Shown: piece by piece, positions 24,601 through 39,361 of the stretch
Numbering within the stretch: the stretch's first letter is position 1
How the letters are laid out: each line of letters starts with the position of its first letter
Assembly (NCBI GenBank): GCA_964016885.1
Contig: OZ024744.1
Location: 112,902,001 to 112,966,000 of the forward strand
DNA length: 64,000 bases
Direction of reading: 5' to 3'
Source: Eledone cirrhosa
Lineage: Eukaryota
Position numbers and translations under genes: made by a program
Notes under the pieces: generated by a model
The model's database searches: none
Seen by the model: only the letters and a program-made list of their open reading frames with translations
Told to the model about the DNA's origin: nothing

Positions 24601-27600
24601 ACTACCAATAACACCATCACCACCACCACCAACACTACCACTACCAATAACACCATCACCAACACTACCACTACCACCACCATTACCACCAACACTACCA
24701 CTACCACTAACTCCATCAACACAACCACCACCAACACTACCACTACCACCACCATTACCACCAACACTACCACTACCACTAACTCCATCAACACAACCAC
24801 CACCAACACTACCACTACCACCAACACTACCACCACTACCAATACCACCACCAACACTACCACTACCAATAACACCATCACCACCACCAACACTACCACT
24901 ACCAATAACACTACCACCACTACCAATACCACCACCAACACTACCACTACCAATAACACCACCACCAACACTACCACCACCACCAACACTACCACTAACA
25001 CCATCACCACCACCACCAACACTACCACTTCCAATAACACCATCACTACCACTACCACCATCAACACTACCACTACCAATACCACCATCACCACCACCAC
25101 CACCAACACTACCACTACCAATACCACTATCACCACCACCAACACTACCACTACCAATAACACCACCACCACCACCAACACTACCACTACCAATGACACC
25201 ACCACCAACACTACCACTACCAATACCACTATCACCACCACCAACACTACCACTACCAATACCACTATCACCACCACCAACACTACCACTACCAATAACA
25301 CCATCACCACCACCACCACCAACACTGCCACTACCAATAACACCATCACCACCACCACCACCAACACTACCACTACCAATAACACCATCACCACCACCAC
25401 CACCAACACTGCCACTACCAATAACACCATCACCACCACCACCAACACTACCACTACCAATAACACCATCACCACCACCACCAACACTACCACTACCAAT
25501 AACACCATCACCACCACCACCACCACCAACACTACCACTACCAATAACACCATCACCACCACCACCAACACTACCACTACCAATAACACCATCACCAACA
25601 CTACCACTACCAATAACACCATCACCACCACCACCAACACTACCACTACCAATAACACCATCACCACCACCACCAACACTACCACTACCAATAACACCAT
25701 CACCACCACCACCAACACTACCACTACCAATAACACCATCACCACCACCACCAACACTACCACTACCAATAACACCATCACCACCACCACCAACACTACC
25801 ACTACCAATAACACCATCACCACCACCACCAACACTACCACTACCAATAACACCATCACCACCACCACCACCACTACCACTACCAATAACACCACCACCA
25901 TCACCACCACCAACACTACCACTACCAATACCAATAACACCACCACCAACACTACCACTACCAATACCATCATCACCATCACCACCACCACCACCAACAC
26001 TACCACTACCAATAACACCACCACCAACACTATCACTACCAATACCATCATCACCATCACCACCACCACCACCAACACTACCACTACCAATAACACCACC
26101 ACCAACACTACCACTACCAATACCATCATCACCATCACCACCACCACCACCAACACTACCACTACCAATAACACCACCACCACCACCAACACTACCACTA
26201 CCAATAACACCACCACCCCCACCACCACCACCAACACTACCACTACCAATAACACCATCACCACCACCACCAACACTACCACTACCAATAACACCACCAC
26301 CACCACCACCAACACTACCACTACCAATAACACCATCACCACCACCACCACCAACACTACCACTACCAATAACACCACCACCACCACCACCACCAACACT
26401 ACCACTACCAATAACACCATCACCACCACCACCAACACTACCACTACCAATAACACCATCACCACCACCACCAACACTACCACTACCAATAACACCATCA
26501 CCACCACCACCACCACTACCACTACCAATAACATCACCACCACCACCACCAACACTACCACTACCAATAACACCACCACCACCACCACCAACACTACCAC
26601 TACCAATAACACCATCACCACCACCACCACCAACACTACCACTACCAATAACACCATCACCACCACCACCACTACCAATAACACCACCACCACCACCACC
26701 ACCACTACCACTACCAATAACACCACCACCACCACCACCAACACTACCACTACCAATAACACCACCACCACCACCACCAACACTACCACTACCAATAACA
26801 CCATCACCACCACCACCAACACTACCACTACCAATAACACCACCACCACCACCAACAACACTACCACTACCAATAACACCACCACCACCACCAACAACAC
26901 TACCACTACCACTACCACTACCAATACCACCACCACCACCACCACCAACACTACCACTACCAATAACACCAATAACACCACCACCACCACCACCAACACT
27001 ACCACTACCAATAACATCACCACCACCACCACCAACACTACCACTACCAATAACACCATCACCACTACCACCACCAACACTACCACTACCAATAACACCA
27101 TCACCACCACCACCAACACTACCACTACCAATAACACCATCACCACCACCACCAACACTACCACTACCAATAACACCACCACCACTACCACCACCAACAC
27201 TACCACTACCAATAACACCATCACCACCACCACCAACACTACCACTACCAATAACACCACCACCACTACCACCACCAACACTACCACTACCAATAACATC
27301 ACCACCACCACCACCACCAACACTACCACTACCAATAACACCATCATCACCACCACCAACACTACCACTACCAATAACACCACCACCACCACCACCAACA
27401 CTACCACTAGCAATACCACCACCACCACCACCACCAACACTACCACTACCACTACCAATACCACCATCACCACCACCACCACCAACACTACCACTACCAA
27501 TAACACCACCACCACCACCACCAACACTACCACTACCAATACCACCACCACCACCACCATCACTACCATCACCACCACTACCATCACCACCACCACCAAC

Positions 27601-29745
27601 ACTACCACTACCAATACCACCATCACCACCACCACCACCACCAACACTACCACTACCAATAACACCATCACCACCACCACCAACACTACCACCAACACTA
27701 CCACTACCAATAACACCATCACCACCACCACCAACACTACCACTACCAATAACACCACCACCACCACCACCAACACTACCACTACCAATAACACCATCAC
27801 CACCACCACCACCACTACCACTACCAATAACACCATCACCACCACCACCACCACCACCAACACTACCACTACCAATAACACCATCACCACCATCACCACC
27901 ACCACCAACACTACCACTACCAATAACACCATCACCACCACCACCAACACTACCACTACCAATAACACCATCACCACCACCACCAACACTACCACTACCA
28001 ATACCACCACCACCACCACCACCAACACTACCACTACCAATAACACCATCAACACCACCACCAACACTACCACTACCAATAACACCATCACCACCAACAC
28101 TACCACTACCAATACCACCAAAACCACCACCACCACCAACACTACCACTACCAATAACACCATCACCACCACCACCACCAACACTACCACTACCAATAAC
28201 ACCACCACCACCACCACCAACACTACCACTACCAATAACACCATCACCACCACCAACAACAACACTACCACTACCAATAACACCACCACCACCACCACCA
28301 CCAACACTACCACTACCAATACCACCACCACCACCACCATCACTACCACTACCAATAACAGCATCACCACCACCACCAACACTACCACTACCAATAACAC
28401 CATCACCACCACCACCAACACTACCACTACCAATAACACCATCACCACCACCACCACCACCATCAACATTACCACTACCTTATACCACCATCACCACCAC
28501 CGTCAACACTACCACTTCCAATACCACCACCACTACCACCACCACCAACACTACCACTAACACCATCACCACCACCACCACCATCAACACTACCACTACC
28601 AATAACATCATCATCACCACCACCACCAACACTACCACTACCAATAACACCATCACCACCATCAACATTACCACTACCTTATACCACCATCACCACCACC
28701 GTCAACACTACCACTACCAATACCACCACCACCACCACCATCACTACCACTACCAATAACAGCATCACCACCACCAACAACACTACCACTACCTTATACC
28801 ACCATCACCACCACCGTCAACACTACCACTTCCAATACCACCACCACCACCACCAACACTACCACTAACACCATCACCACCACCACCACCATCAACACTA
28901 CCACTACCAATAACACCATCACCACCACCACCACCAACACTACCACTACCACTAACACCATCACCTCCACCACCACCATCAACACTACCACTACCAATAA
29001 CACCATCACCACCACCACCACCAACACCACCACTACCACTAACACCATCACCACCACCACCACCATCAACACTACCACTACCAATAACACCATCACCACC
29101 ACCACCACCAACACCACCACTACCAATAACACCATCACCCCCACCATCAACACTACCACTACCAATAACACCATCACCATCACCACCACCAACACTACCA
29201 CTAACACCATCACCACCACCACCACCATCAACACTACCACTACCAATAACATCATCACCACCACCACCATCAACACTACCACTACCAATAACATCATCAC
29301 CACCACCGCCACCAACACTACCACTAAGACCATCACCACCACCATCAACACTACCACTACCACTAACACCATCACCACCACCACCAACACTCCCACTACC
29401 AATAACACCATCACCACAACCACCACCAACACTACCAATAACACCATCACCATCAACACTACCACTACCATAACGCCAACACTACCACTACCATAACACC
29501 ACCACCACCAACGCTACCACTACCAATAATACCATCACCACCACCACCACCATCAACACTACCAATACCAATAACACCATCACCACCACCAACACTACCA
29601 CTACCAATAACACCATCACCACCACCACCAACACTACCACTACCAATAACACCATCACTACCACCATCAACAACACTATCTTCAGCACTACCACTATCTC
29701 CACCAACAACATCATCAACACCACTACCAGCACCACTATCACTGA
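21700..29745. repeat. ~8-kb complex ACC/ACT/AAC trinucleotide-derived satellite
   Basis: Recurrent CCAACACTACCACTACCAATAACACCATCA(CCA)n units. The + strand is nearly G-free. Confidence 0.97.
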
Positions 29746-29789
29746 TTGAATTAGTATTTATTATAATTGGAGGTCAGAAACTGTGGTGG

Positions 29790-30200
29790 CATCATCAGTA
29801 TCCGGCTTTCAGTATCCGGGTCCCTGTCTATTGGTTCTATCTAGGTCGACTATGCATGTTACTAATTAGTTGTCTGAATATGCGACTATGTGCATTTGTG
29901 GACAGCTTATGGTATCCCTAACAGTTAATCTAACTAGGAATCTATCTAAATACGATCTAGATGATCCAGTGCAGTTACTCCACATCCTCAGTCGATATCT
30001 ATCAGCCAATTGGAATTGGCTGATACAATTTGAGGCTATTACACCCCCTTCTACTATCACATGCCCCTACATAGTCCCAACATATGTCCAAAATGTCATT
30101 CCAGTCCCATGTTAACAGTAAAGAGTGAGACGTTCCAAGGAAAGACTCCAGACATTTAAAGAACTCTGGCTATGATGTCCCAGTCAGGGCATAGACGTCC
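29790..30200 (-). mobile_element. L1/Tx1-type APE endonuclease remnant
   Basis: FQLADRYRL..WSN....SRSYLDRFLV...YSD, followed by a GPGY*K-like motif (the PGYWKLN position). Confidence 0.6.
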
Positions 30201-30227
30201 ACCAACTAAAAGCTTCACTTTCACCAG

Positions 30228-30460
30228 TAGATAGATTGATAGATATATAATGTTGATAGCTAGGTAGATAGATAGTGAAATACATGTAACTAGACAGATA
30301 GATAGGTAGATAGATATCTTTCTTTATTTATTTAAATAGATAGAAAGATAGATTAAATAGATTTATAGATAGATAGATAGATAGATAGATAGATGTATAG
30401 ATAATTAGGTAGGTAGGTAGATAGATAGATGTAGTTAGTTAGTAGGTAGTTAGGTCGGTA
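30228..30460. repeat. (GATA/GGTA)n microsatellite
   Basis: Direct inspection. Confidence 0.9.
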
Positions 30461-30734
30461 GGGAGGATGGAGATGCAAGGAATGAAAAACATTAATTTGA
30501 TAGTTCAGAGATAAAATTCTAAAAACAGGGATAATTGTTGTCCCAGATTTTAAATGGAATTTGTTGAAATAAGGATTCTACAGGCCTGCTGAATGATTCT
30601 TCCAATATTTTTAGTTCTAAATATTTACAGTCCATCCTGTATGAGAATTAAGTATTTTATAGCTATCAAAATAACTGGAAGAAATAACTCAGTGATTTTT
30701 TCTTGTTTATTTTCTTATTTCACTCACTCCTAGC

Positions 30735-32985
30735 AAGACAATAAAGCCACTAAAATATAAGAGGTTACTGAGAAGGGAGAAGGTCAAGACAGAGGGAACA
30801 TAGTCCCAAGTAAGGCAATAAAGCCACTAAAATATAAGGGTTACTGAGAGGGGAGGACAAAACAGGGAGACCATAACCCCAAGCAAGGCAATAAAGCCAC
30901 TAAAATATAAGGGGTTACTGAGAAGGGAGAAGGACAAGACAGAGAGAACATAATCCGAAGGTAGGCAATAAACCCACTAAAATATAAGGGGTTACTGAGA
31001 AGGAAGGACAACACAGGGAGAACATAACCCCAAGTAAGGCAATAAAGCCACTAAAATATAAGGGGCTACTGAGAAGGGAGGACAAGACAGAAGAACATAA
31101 TCCGAAGGTAGGCAATAAAGTCACTAAAATATAAGGGGTTACTGAGAAGGAAGGACAAAACAGGGAGAACATAACCCCAAGTAAGGCAATAAAGCCACTA
31201 AAATATAAGGGGTTACTGAGAAGGGAGAAGGACAAGACAGAGAGAACATAATCCGAAGGTAGGCAATAAAGTCACTAAAATATAAGGGGTTACTGAGAAG
31301 GAAGGACAACACAGGGAGAACATAACCCCAAGTAAGGCAATAAAGCCACTAAAATATAAGGGGCTACTGAGAAGGGAGAAGGACAAGACAGAGAGAACAT
31401 AATCCGAAGGTAGGCAATAAAGTCACTAAAATATAAGGGGTTACTGAGAAGGAAGGACAACACAGGGAGAACATAACCCCAAGTAAGGCAATAAAGCCAC
31501 TAAAATATAAGGGGCTACTGAGAAGGGAGAAGGACAAAACAGGGAGAACATAACCCCAAGTAAGGCAATAAAACCACTAAAATATAAGGGGTTACTGAGA
31601 AGGGAGAAGGACAAGACAGAGAGAACATAATCCGAAGGTAGGCAATAAAGTCACTAACATACAAGGGGTTACTGAGAAGGAAGGACAACACAGGGAGAAT
31701 ATAACCCCAAGTAAGGCAATAAAGCCACTAAAATATAAAGGGTTACTGAGAAGGGAGAAGGACAAGACAGAGAGAGCATAATCCGAAGGTAGGCAATAAA
31801 GTCACTAAAATATAAGAGGTTACTGAGAAGGAAGGACAAAACAAGGAGAACATAACCCCAAGTAAGGCAATAAAGCCACTAAAATATAAGGGGCTACTGA
31901 GAAGGGAGAAGGACAAGACAGAGAGAACATAATCCGAAGGTAGGCAATAAAGTCACTAAAATATAAGGGGTTACTGAGAAGGAAGGACAAAACAGGGAGA
32001 ACATAATCCCAAGTAAGGCAATAAAGCCACTAAAATATAAGGGGCTACTGAGAAGGGAGAAGGACAAAACAGGGAGAACATAACCCCAAGTAAGGCAATA
32101 AAGCCACTAAAATATAAGGGGTTACTGAGAAGGGAGAAGGACAAGACAGAGAGAACATAATCCGAAGGTAGGCAATAAAGTCACTAACATACAAGTGGTT
32201 ACTGAGAAGGAAGGACAACACAGGGAGAATATAACCCCAAGTAAGGCAATAAAGTCACTAAAATATAAGGGGTTACTGAGAAGGGAGAAGGACAAGACAG
32301 AGAGAACATAATCCGAAGGTAGGCAATAAAGTCACTAAAATATAAGGGGTTACTGAGAGGGGAGAAGGACAAGACAAAGAGAACATAATCCGAAGGTAGG
32401 CAATAAAGTCACTAAAATATAAGGGGTTACTGAGAAGGGAGAAGGACAAGACAGAGAGAACATAATCCGAAGGTAGGCAATAAAGTCACTAAAATATAAG
32501 GAGTTACTGAGAAGGAAGGACAACACAGGGAGAACATAACCCCAAGTAAGGCAATAAAGCCACTAAAATATAAGGGGGTTACTGAGAAGGAAGGACAAAA
32601 CAGGGAGAACATAACCCCAAGTAAGGCAATAGAGCCACTAAAATATAAGGGGCTACTGAGAAGGGAGAAGGACAAAACAGGGAGAACATAATCCCTAGTA
32701 AAGGAATAAAACCACTAAAATATAAGGGGTTACTGAGAAGGGAGAAGGACAAAACAGGGAGAACATAATCCCTAGTAAGGGAATAAAACCACTAAAATAT
32801 AAGGGGCTACTGAGAAGGGAGAAGGACAAAACAGGGAGAACATAATCCCTAGTAAGGGAATAAAACCACTAAAATATAAGGGGTTACTGAGAAGGGAGAA
32901 GGACAAAACAGGGAGAACATAATCCCTAGTAAGGCAATAAAGCCACTAAAATATAAGGGGTTACTGAGAAGGGAGAAGGACAAGG
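30735..32985. repeat. Minisatellite of 74/77-bp monomers, largely alternating as a 151-bp dimer, ~30 monomers
   Basis: AGGCAATAAAG.CACTAAAATATAAGGGG.TACTGAGAAGG... with unit starts at 31261, 31335 and 31412. Confidence 0.95.
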
Positions 32986-33529
32986 CAATCATATCACCAT
33001 GTTTTGATTTTGTATGTCAGAAAGTAGCTTTGTATTTTAGTTTTTGTGGGAAGAATTTCCAAATTTTGTTCTGAACAGAGCCCAAGTAGCTTCAGATTAT
33101 TGGCATTAATTTTACCAACAATCAACTACATTCCATGTCTCATAATTTCTGCCTAGTTGTGCATTGGATTTACCAAGAATTATCTGTTTTTCAACATGTG
33201 GTGTAAATATGATAAAAATACAAAGGGGATGAGAATGTCATCTTAGTTTTCTCACTGGAAACAAAGATAGCATTCTCATCTACTTTGCAGACTTATGCAT
33301 GTTAGGCTAATCAGCTGATGTATACTTTAGAAAATACCATATATTCTCCAGAGTTCAAGTGAGTGACAGAAAGAGATACACAATCTTGTCAAAGGGCAAT
33401 AACCCTGAAACAGCGTTGTCGATTGTTTCTCCATGTCACCGCTAGAACAAAAGGATGGTGGTGGTCATCTAAAAACATACGAGAATGAGACAGTTTGCTT
33501 GCAAACAGATCAAATATTATTATTATTAA

Positions 33530-33875
33530 CCTCGGATGGTCTGAGTTCAAATGCTGCCTTAGGTTTACTTTGCCTTTCATCCTTACGGGGTCGATAAAAT
33601 AAAGTACCAGTAATACACTGGGATAATTGCTGGCCTTGTGCCAAAAGTAGAAACAATCATTATTATTCGATATGCGGTGGATTGGCAGTATCGGTAGAGC
33701 GTCGGACGTTATGCTTTCCAGCATAGTTACGTCCCTTTACTACAGTCTGAGTTCAAATCCCGCTGAGGTTTACTTTGCCTTTCATCCTTACAGGGTCGAT
33801 AAAATAAAGTACCAGTAATACACTGGGATAATTGCTGGCCTTGTGCCAAAAGTAGAAACAATTATTATTATTCGA
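33530..33875 (+). mobile_element. Two tandem tRNA-derived SINE copies (first one 5'-truncated)
   Basis: A-box-like TGGCAGTATCGGTAG, B-box GAGTTCAAATCC, duplicated core TTTGCCTTTCATCCTT..GGGTCGATAAAATAAAGTACCAG, and (ATT)n tails. Confidence 0.85.
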
Positions 33876-34489
33876 TATAAAACTCACAAATACATTCATG
33901 TATCCCGCTATGTAAGAGCGAGAAACCAAATTCTAATTTTGTTTTTTTTCATATATACATTCATGCATGTATATATATGTGTATATATCCATATATCTCG
34001 ATATGTATATACATGTGTATACAACATACTAATTGAGTAATCCCTATATTGGAGAGAATTCCACATTTTCAATTCAACCACCATAACATTTTTTCTCATA
34101 GAGCATCCTTCCTCTATTTTCATTAGAGGTCACATGACATGTTAACATAGGACTGTTAAATTCATTATCAGAGCAGTACATGCTGCCACACACACACTAC
34201 AAAGACCAATCTATTGATTTGGGCACTTAGGAGTGCAATTGCTTGATTGTGTAATATCTGCTGATTTTCTGAACATTGCAGTTTTAATATCTGTAGTTGT
34301 GAAGTATATTGCACAGAAATGGATTCCGTCCAGGAGAGGAATGTATAACATATCTGTACTAAAACACAGCCACTGTACTTGCTATTAACTAATCTTATAG
34401 ATTCATTTAATGTGTGAGTCTTGGTTGGAGATCAATGAATTAGTATCAACAATTTTCATAAACCTCGTATATACATATATAGTTACAGT

Positions 34490-34720
34490 GATGTGGAGGA
34501 CATACACATACATAATATGAAAGAGTACTGGTGGAATGTTCCAGTCAAAACCTCTGTGAAATGCAGGCATAACAGACCAGATATAATGATATGGGGCAGG
34601 GAAAAGAAGGCATGCACAGTAGTGGAAGTCAGCTGCTCAGCAGATGCCAATATAATGAAAAGGAGAATATTTATGCAGAACTAATAAGAAATCTGCAGAT
34701 ACTCCACTCTGACTATACCT
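34490..34720 (+). mobile_element. R4/Dong-like restriction-like endonuclease remnant
   Basis: YWWNVPVKT...HNRPDIMIW......VVEVSC. Confidence 0.7.
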
Positions 34721-34751
34721 ATAGCTAATTAGGAATTTACAAGTACAAACC

Positions 34752-35095
34752 ATGGAGGCACATGGCTTAGTGGTTAGAGCATTGGGCTTGAAATCGAAAG
34801 GTTGTGAGTTCAATTCTCAGACCGGGTGATGTGTTGTTTCCTTGAGCAAGACACTTTATTTCACATTGCTCCAGTTTACTCAGCTGTAGAAATGAGATGA
34901 TAGGGACTGGGGTCCATATCATTCCACTGCAAAGTAGTCGTGGAGGTGCCACGGAAAAAAAGCACCCAGCACACACTGTAAATGAGGTTGGTGTTAGGAA
35001 GGGCATCCAGCTGTAGAAATCAAGCCAGACTCAGTTCCCGTCCCACCCTTGCAAGCAGGGAAAAAGCGGACGTAAAATGATGATGATGATGATGA
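34752..35095 (+). mobile_element. tRNA-derived SINE with RTE-like 3' tail
   Basis: TGGCTTAGTGG (A box), GAGTTCAATTC (B box), CCTTGAGCAAGACACTT core, GGAAGGGCATCCAGC, and a (TGA)n tail. Confidence 0.85.
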
Positions 35096-35408
35096 AAAAT
35101 CCATTAATGGAACTATAAAAATACGTAAAACATTTAAGAAATACAACATGTAATAACTGCATATTCACATGTATAGGTACAGAACATATACACATAACTC
35201 AAAACATACAGAGCCACATATACAATAACACTTATTGCTGCACACATGCACACTTATTTACCTAGTTGATGGTTAAATTCTAATGAAAGTCTTGTGTCTA
35301 TGTTAGAAACCAACTCTCTATTGATAAAATTTTATAAAGTAATGAAACCAGAAGAACATACATACACACATAAACACACACATGCATACAAACATACATG
35401 ATGGCTGC

Positions 35409-37027
35409 AAACTCTGCTAAGAGTATTGCAATCGATTGTCAGATTCAGACGTGTGGCGCTTGGAAATGGCTTTTCAAGCCTGCTAGAGACTTGCACTCCT
35501 TCACACATTGATGACAACTTTAGATCTCCCTGGCCTCAGGTCTTACATCAGGTTGCCCGTGAACCTGCACAACACCGTGGATATCATAGTTCACTGGTTC
35601 TCTCTGAACATGACTGCGACTGTGGCTCGGGAGACCAGATTTGCTGAAGTAAATCCTTCCACACTCAAAGCACTTCAATACAACGGAGACACCAATCATT
35701 TCGAGAGATACACCAGGGCATTGCTTACGCACATCCCGTTTAATCTTCTCATGTTCTATGCGTCTGTCCTCAAAATTATGGACACCATCATTCACCATTC
35801 CACGTCAAGTTTCTCTTTCAAGAGCTTCTTCTTCCTAGTCAGCCATCATCAAACCAGTTTTTTTCAATGAGTCCTTTACACAATCTTTGAATCGGAGCTT
35901 TGGTTTGTGAGGTGGTCTCTTACCCTCACAAAGCTCACCATACAAGAGTTATTTTGGGATTCGATCCTCCTCCATTCTGCAGAGGTGTCCGGTCCATCGC
36001 AAATGCCATTGATGGATGATACTCTCAATGCTCCGACACTCACTTCTCTCAAGGACCTCAACATCACTCACATGTATCTGCCACTTGATACCGAGCATCT
36101 TTCTGAGACACTGTTGGTGAAACCATTCCACTCTGTGGATATGCCGTTTGTAGGCAACCCATGTCTCACACACATACAGCAAAGCTGACAGTACACATGC
36201 AGCATACACTCTCACCTTGGTCCTCATTGAGATTCCTCGCCTGCACCAAAGACGGTCGTTGAGCCTTCCAAATGACTCACTTGCCTTACTAACACGTAGA
36301 CCAACTTCTGCACCCAGAGAGCAGGTCACACTCAGAGTACTCCCCAAATACACAAATCTGTCAGCAGCCTTCAGCGTTTGACCGTATACGTGTTTGGAGG
36401 GTTCATTGAAAACTTTATCTGGAGCAGGTTGGTACATGACGACAGTCTTCTTCAGACTGATTGTCAGTCCCAAAGCACTGCACGTATTGGAAAAAGAATC
36501 CATAAAGTATTGCATGTCATTCTGGGAGTGTGCAAAGAGATCACAATCATCTGCATATAAAAATTCTCTGATCAAGATACTCAGTACCTTAGTGTTGGCA
36601 GTGAGATGCCTGAGGTTAAACAGCTTGCTGGAAGTGTGATATCTGAGATAGATACTGTGTTGACAATCCTTGAAGGCCATAAAGAACACCATTGCAAAAT
36701 ACAAGGCAAACGAAGATGGTGCAGTATATCACCCTGCTCGACATCATTTTCAACCGAGATTGGCTCAGACAGTTTACCTCCGATATTTATACATGCCTGC
36801 ATGTCATCGTGGAAGAGCTTGAGCATGTTCACAAACTTTTCAGGACAGCCCAATCTCTCCCAAATAACCCACAAAGCCTTCCGATTAACAGTGTCAAATG
36901 CCTTGGTCAAATCGACAAAAACTTGGTTTAAGTCCATGTGCTGCTCAATGGATTTCTCTTGAAGTTGTTTGGCCGAGAAGACCATGTCAACAGTGCCTCT
37001 GCTATTCCTAAAGCCCCATTGGGACAT
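35409..37027 (-). mobile_element. 5'-truncated RTE (BovB-like) LINE with a 17-bp target-site duplication
   Basis: QWGFRNSRGTVDMVF, VDLTKAFDTVNR, LYADDCDL, FVYLGS, LLYVCETW and a C2H2 finger. ACATACATGATGGCTGC occurs at both 35392-35408 and 37028-37044. Confidence 0.9.
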
Positions 37028-37089
37028 ACATACATGATGGCTGCTCCCCCATTATTGAGTATGGCCATTGCACTAAAAAAGAAAGAAAG

Positions 37090-37577
37090 ATAAATAAATA
37101 ATAATAATAATATATCTATCTACCTAGGGCGGGTAACATTCCCGAGATCCATGGATGAGTTCTCTTCAGCGGTCTCTGTCCCTCATTATCGCTGCCATGT
37201 CCTGCGTCTCCAAGAGAGCAGTGTCTGCCTTTAGGGCATCAAGATATGTTAACCTCAGTCTTCCTCTTCTAGTGTGTCCATGTAGGGGCTCCCACAGGAG
37301 CACTGAGTGTAGTGTCAACTCTGGATGTCAGTCTCTTCGTTGCTGTAGTGGAGTCTGTGCTGCTGTATGGGTCTGAGACTTGGACACTGACCAAGAAACT
37401 CACTCAGATGGTGGATGGGTGCTACACGAGAATGCTGAGGATGGCTCTGAACATTAATCAGTATACACTGAGGATGAAGAACTCAGAGCTGTATGGGAGC
37501 CTCACAAAAGTCAGCTCAAAAGTGACACAGAGGAGACTGAGGTTAGCTTGACATGCTGACCGACATCCAGAGTTGAT

Positions 37578-37580
<3 letters not shown>
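37090..37580. mobile_element. Short LINE 3' fragment with a 5' inversion
   Basis: Plus strand 37320-37580 encodes ESVLLYGSETW...RRLRLA*H..RHPELI. Minus strand 37318-37130 encodes the continuation VLLWEPLHGH..RGR....Y...L..D. Confidence 0.75.
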
Positions 37581-37639
<59 letters not shown>

Positions 37640-37646
37640 ATACCAA

Positions 37647-39361
37647 TTAACAGTGCTGCGATCGAATGTGGCTTTTTAGCCCAGCCAATGATCTAAAATG
37701 TCTTGCACAGAGTTGGCAACCAAAACATTCACTGGGAATAGTCGGCTGTGGTTGGAGTTCATGTACTTTTGCATGTCGCTTGAGCCCTCCTGCTGATTTA
37801 CATTCTCTACCACATGTTTGGCAAGCATGATGAGTAGCATCTCCAACAGCAGCCTGGTAGTCAACCACTGGTCTTACTTTATGACTGCGAAGATGACTTT
37901 TGAGTCCAGTTTTGCTTAGGCAGAGTTTCGCACAGATGCTGCATGTCAGCACCATAGGAGGACCCTCGCCGTCTGGAAGTGCAACAGCAATGCCCTTCCT
38001 CACATCCCGCTTTACTTTCTCGTATGCGATTCGAGATGCCTCAAAGGCAACTTTTCCCTCATATACAGTCTTTCTCCATTTATTACGATCAGCAGCAATA
38101 TTTTCCCATGTATCAGCAGAGATGTTAACGTCTTTCAGAGAGGCTTTCAAGGAATCCTTATACCTCTTTTTTGGTTTATGTGGCGGTCGTTTTCCTTTAA
38201 CTAACTCTCCATAAAAGAGTTGTTTTGGTATTCTAGAATCCTTCATCCTGGCAAGGTGACCACTCCAACGGAGTCGTTGCTTAAGCACAAGAGCTTCTAT
38301 ACTGTCACACATAGAGCTTTCCCAAATCTCGATATCACTGATGTGGTCCCTCCAGTGAAGGCCATGGATCCGTCTGAGACACATCTGAAGGAAACACTCC
38401 AATTGCTTAAGGTGGTGTCGATATGTGACCCAGGTCTCGCAGGCATAAAGAAGAGAAGAGAGCACACATGCCTTGTACACCTTTACCTTTGTCTTCTTGC
38501 ATATGTCGCGTCGACCCCAGAGACGCCTTTCTAGCTTTCCGAAAGCATCACTTACTTTCCTAATCCTGAGTGGAATTTCACTATCAAGGTTGCTGTATCG
38601 ATTGACAGTGCTTCCCAGGTAGACAAACTGATCAACCACTGCAAGTCGTTTACTATACAATAGATATTTGGTTCACTGTACTGCTTACTAGGGGCAGGTT
38701 GGTACATGACGATGGTTTTCTTGAGACTGACAGTCAATCCTAGGGCAGTGCAAGCATCAGAAATTGCATTCAAAATGTGCTGCATATCAATCTCTGTGTG
38801 CGCTACAAGATCGTAATCATCTGCATACAAGAGGTCTCTTATGATTGATGTAAATACTTTTGTTTTTGCAGCAAAGCGCCTGATGTTAAATATGCTGCCA
38901 GAGGTTCAATAGTAGATGTAAACACCATGCTTGCAATTCCTGAATGCAACATAGAAAACCATCGGTTCTGGAATATCCCCCTGTTTCACACCATTTTTCA
39001 CTGAGATACGCTCTGACATGTTACCTCTGACATTAACCCAAGCTTTCATGTCATCATGGAAAGACCTAACTAAAGCAAGGAGCTTATCAGGGCAATCAAG
39101 TTTCTGGAGAACCTTCCATAATGCATCTCTGTTAACAGTATCGAAAGCTTTTGTCAGATCGACAAAAACCTGATACAGATCCAAGCCTTGTTCCATGCAC
39201 TTCTCCTGGAGCTGTCTAGCTGAGAAGATCATATCAGTAGTGTCGCGTCCAGCACAAAAACCAGATTGACTTTCAGGAAGAACACAATTTGCAATGTGTG
39301 TCAGCAGACGGTCCAGAAGCACCCTACATAAAAATTTCCCTACGACAGAAAGCAATGATAT
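37647..39361 (-). mobile_element. RTE (BovB-like) LINE, 3' part: RT and three C-terminal C2H2 fingers
   Basis: LPESQSGF, VDLTKAFDTVNR, GVKQG, YADD, LLYACETW, IPKQLFYGEL and 3x CxxC..HxxxH. Confidence 0.92.

Noticed and set aside
23433-28759. 1680-aa poly-Val and 1188-aa Pro-rich ORFs as real proteins
   Set aside because: These are by-products of a stop-poor trinucleotide satellite, with frame-breaking indels and no unique domain or convincing splice context.
34752-34830. tRNA gene
   Set aside because: It has A/B boxes but no complete cloverleaf and continues into a SINE body and tail.
37647-37960. Host C2H2 zinc-finger gene
   Set aside because: The fingers are in frame with the RTE RT C-terminus and belong to the retrotransposon.
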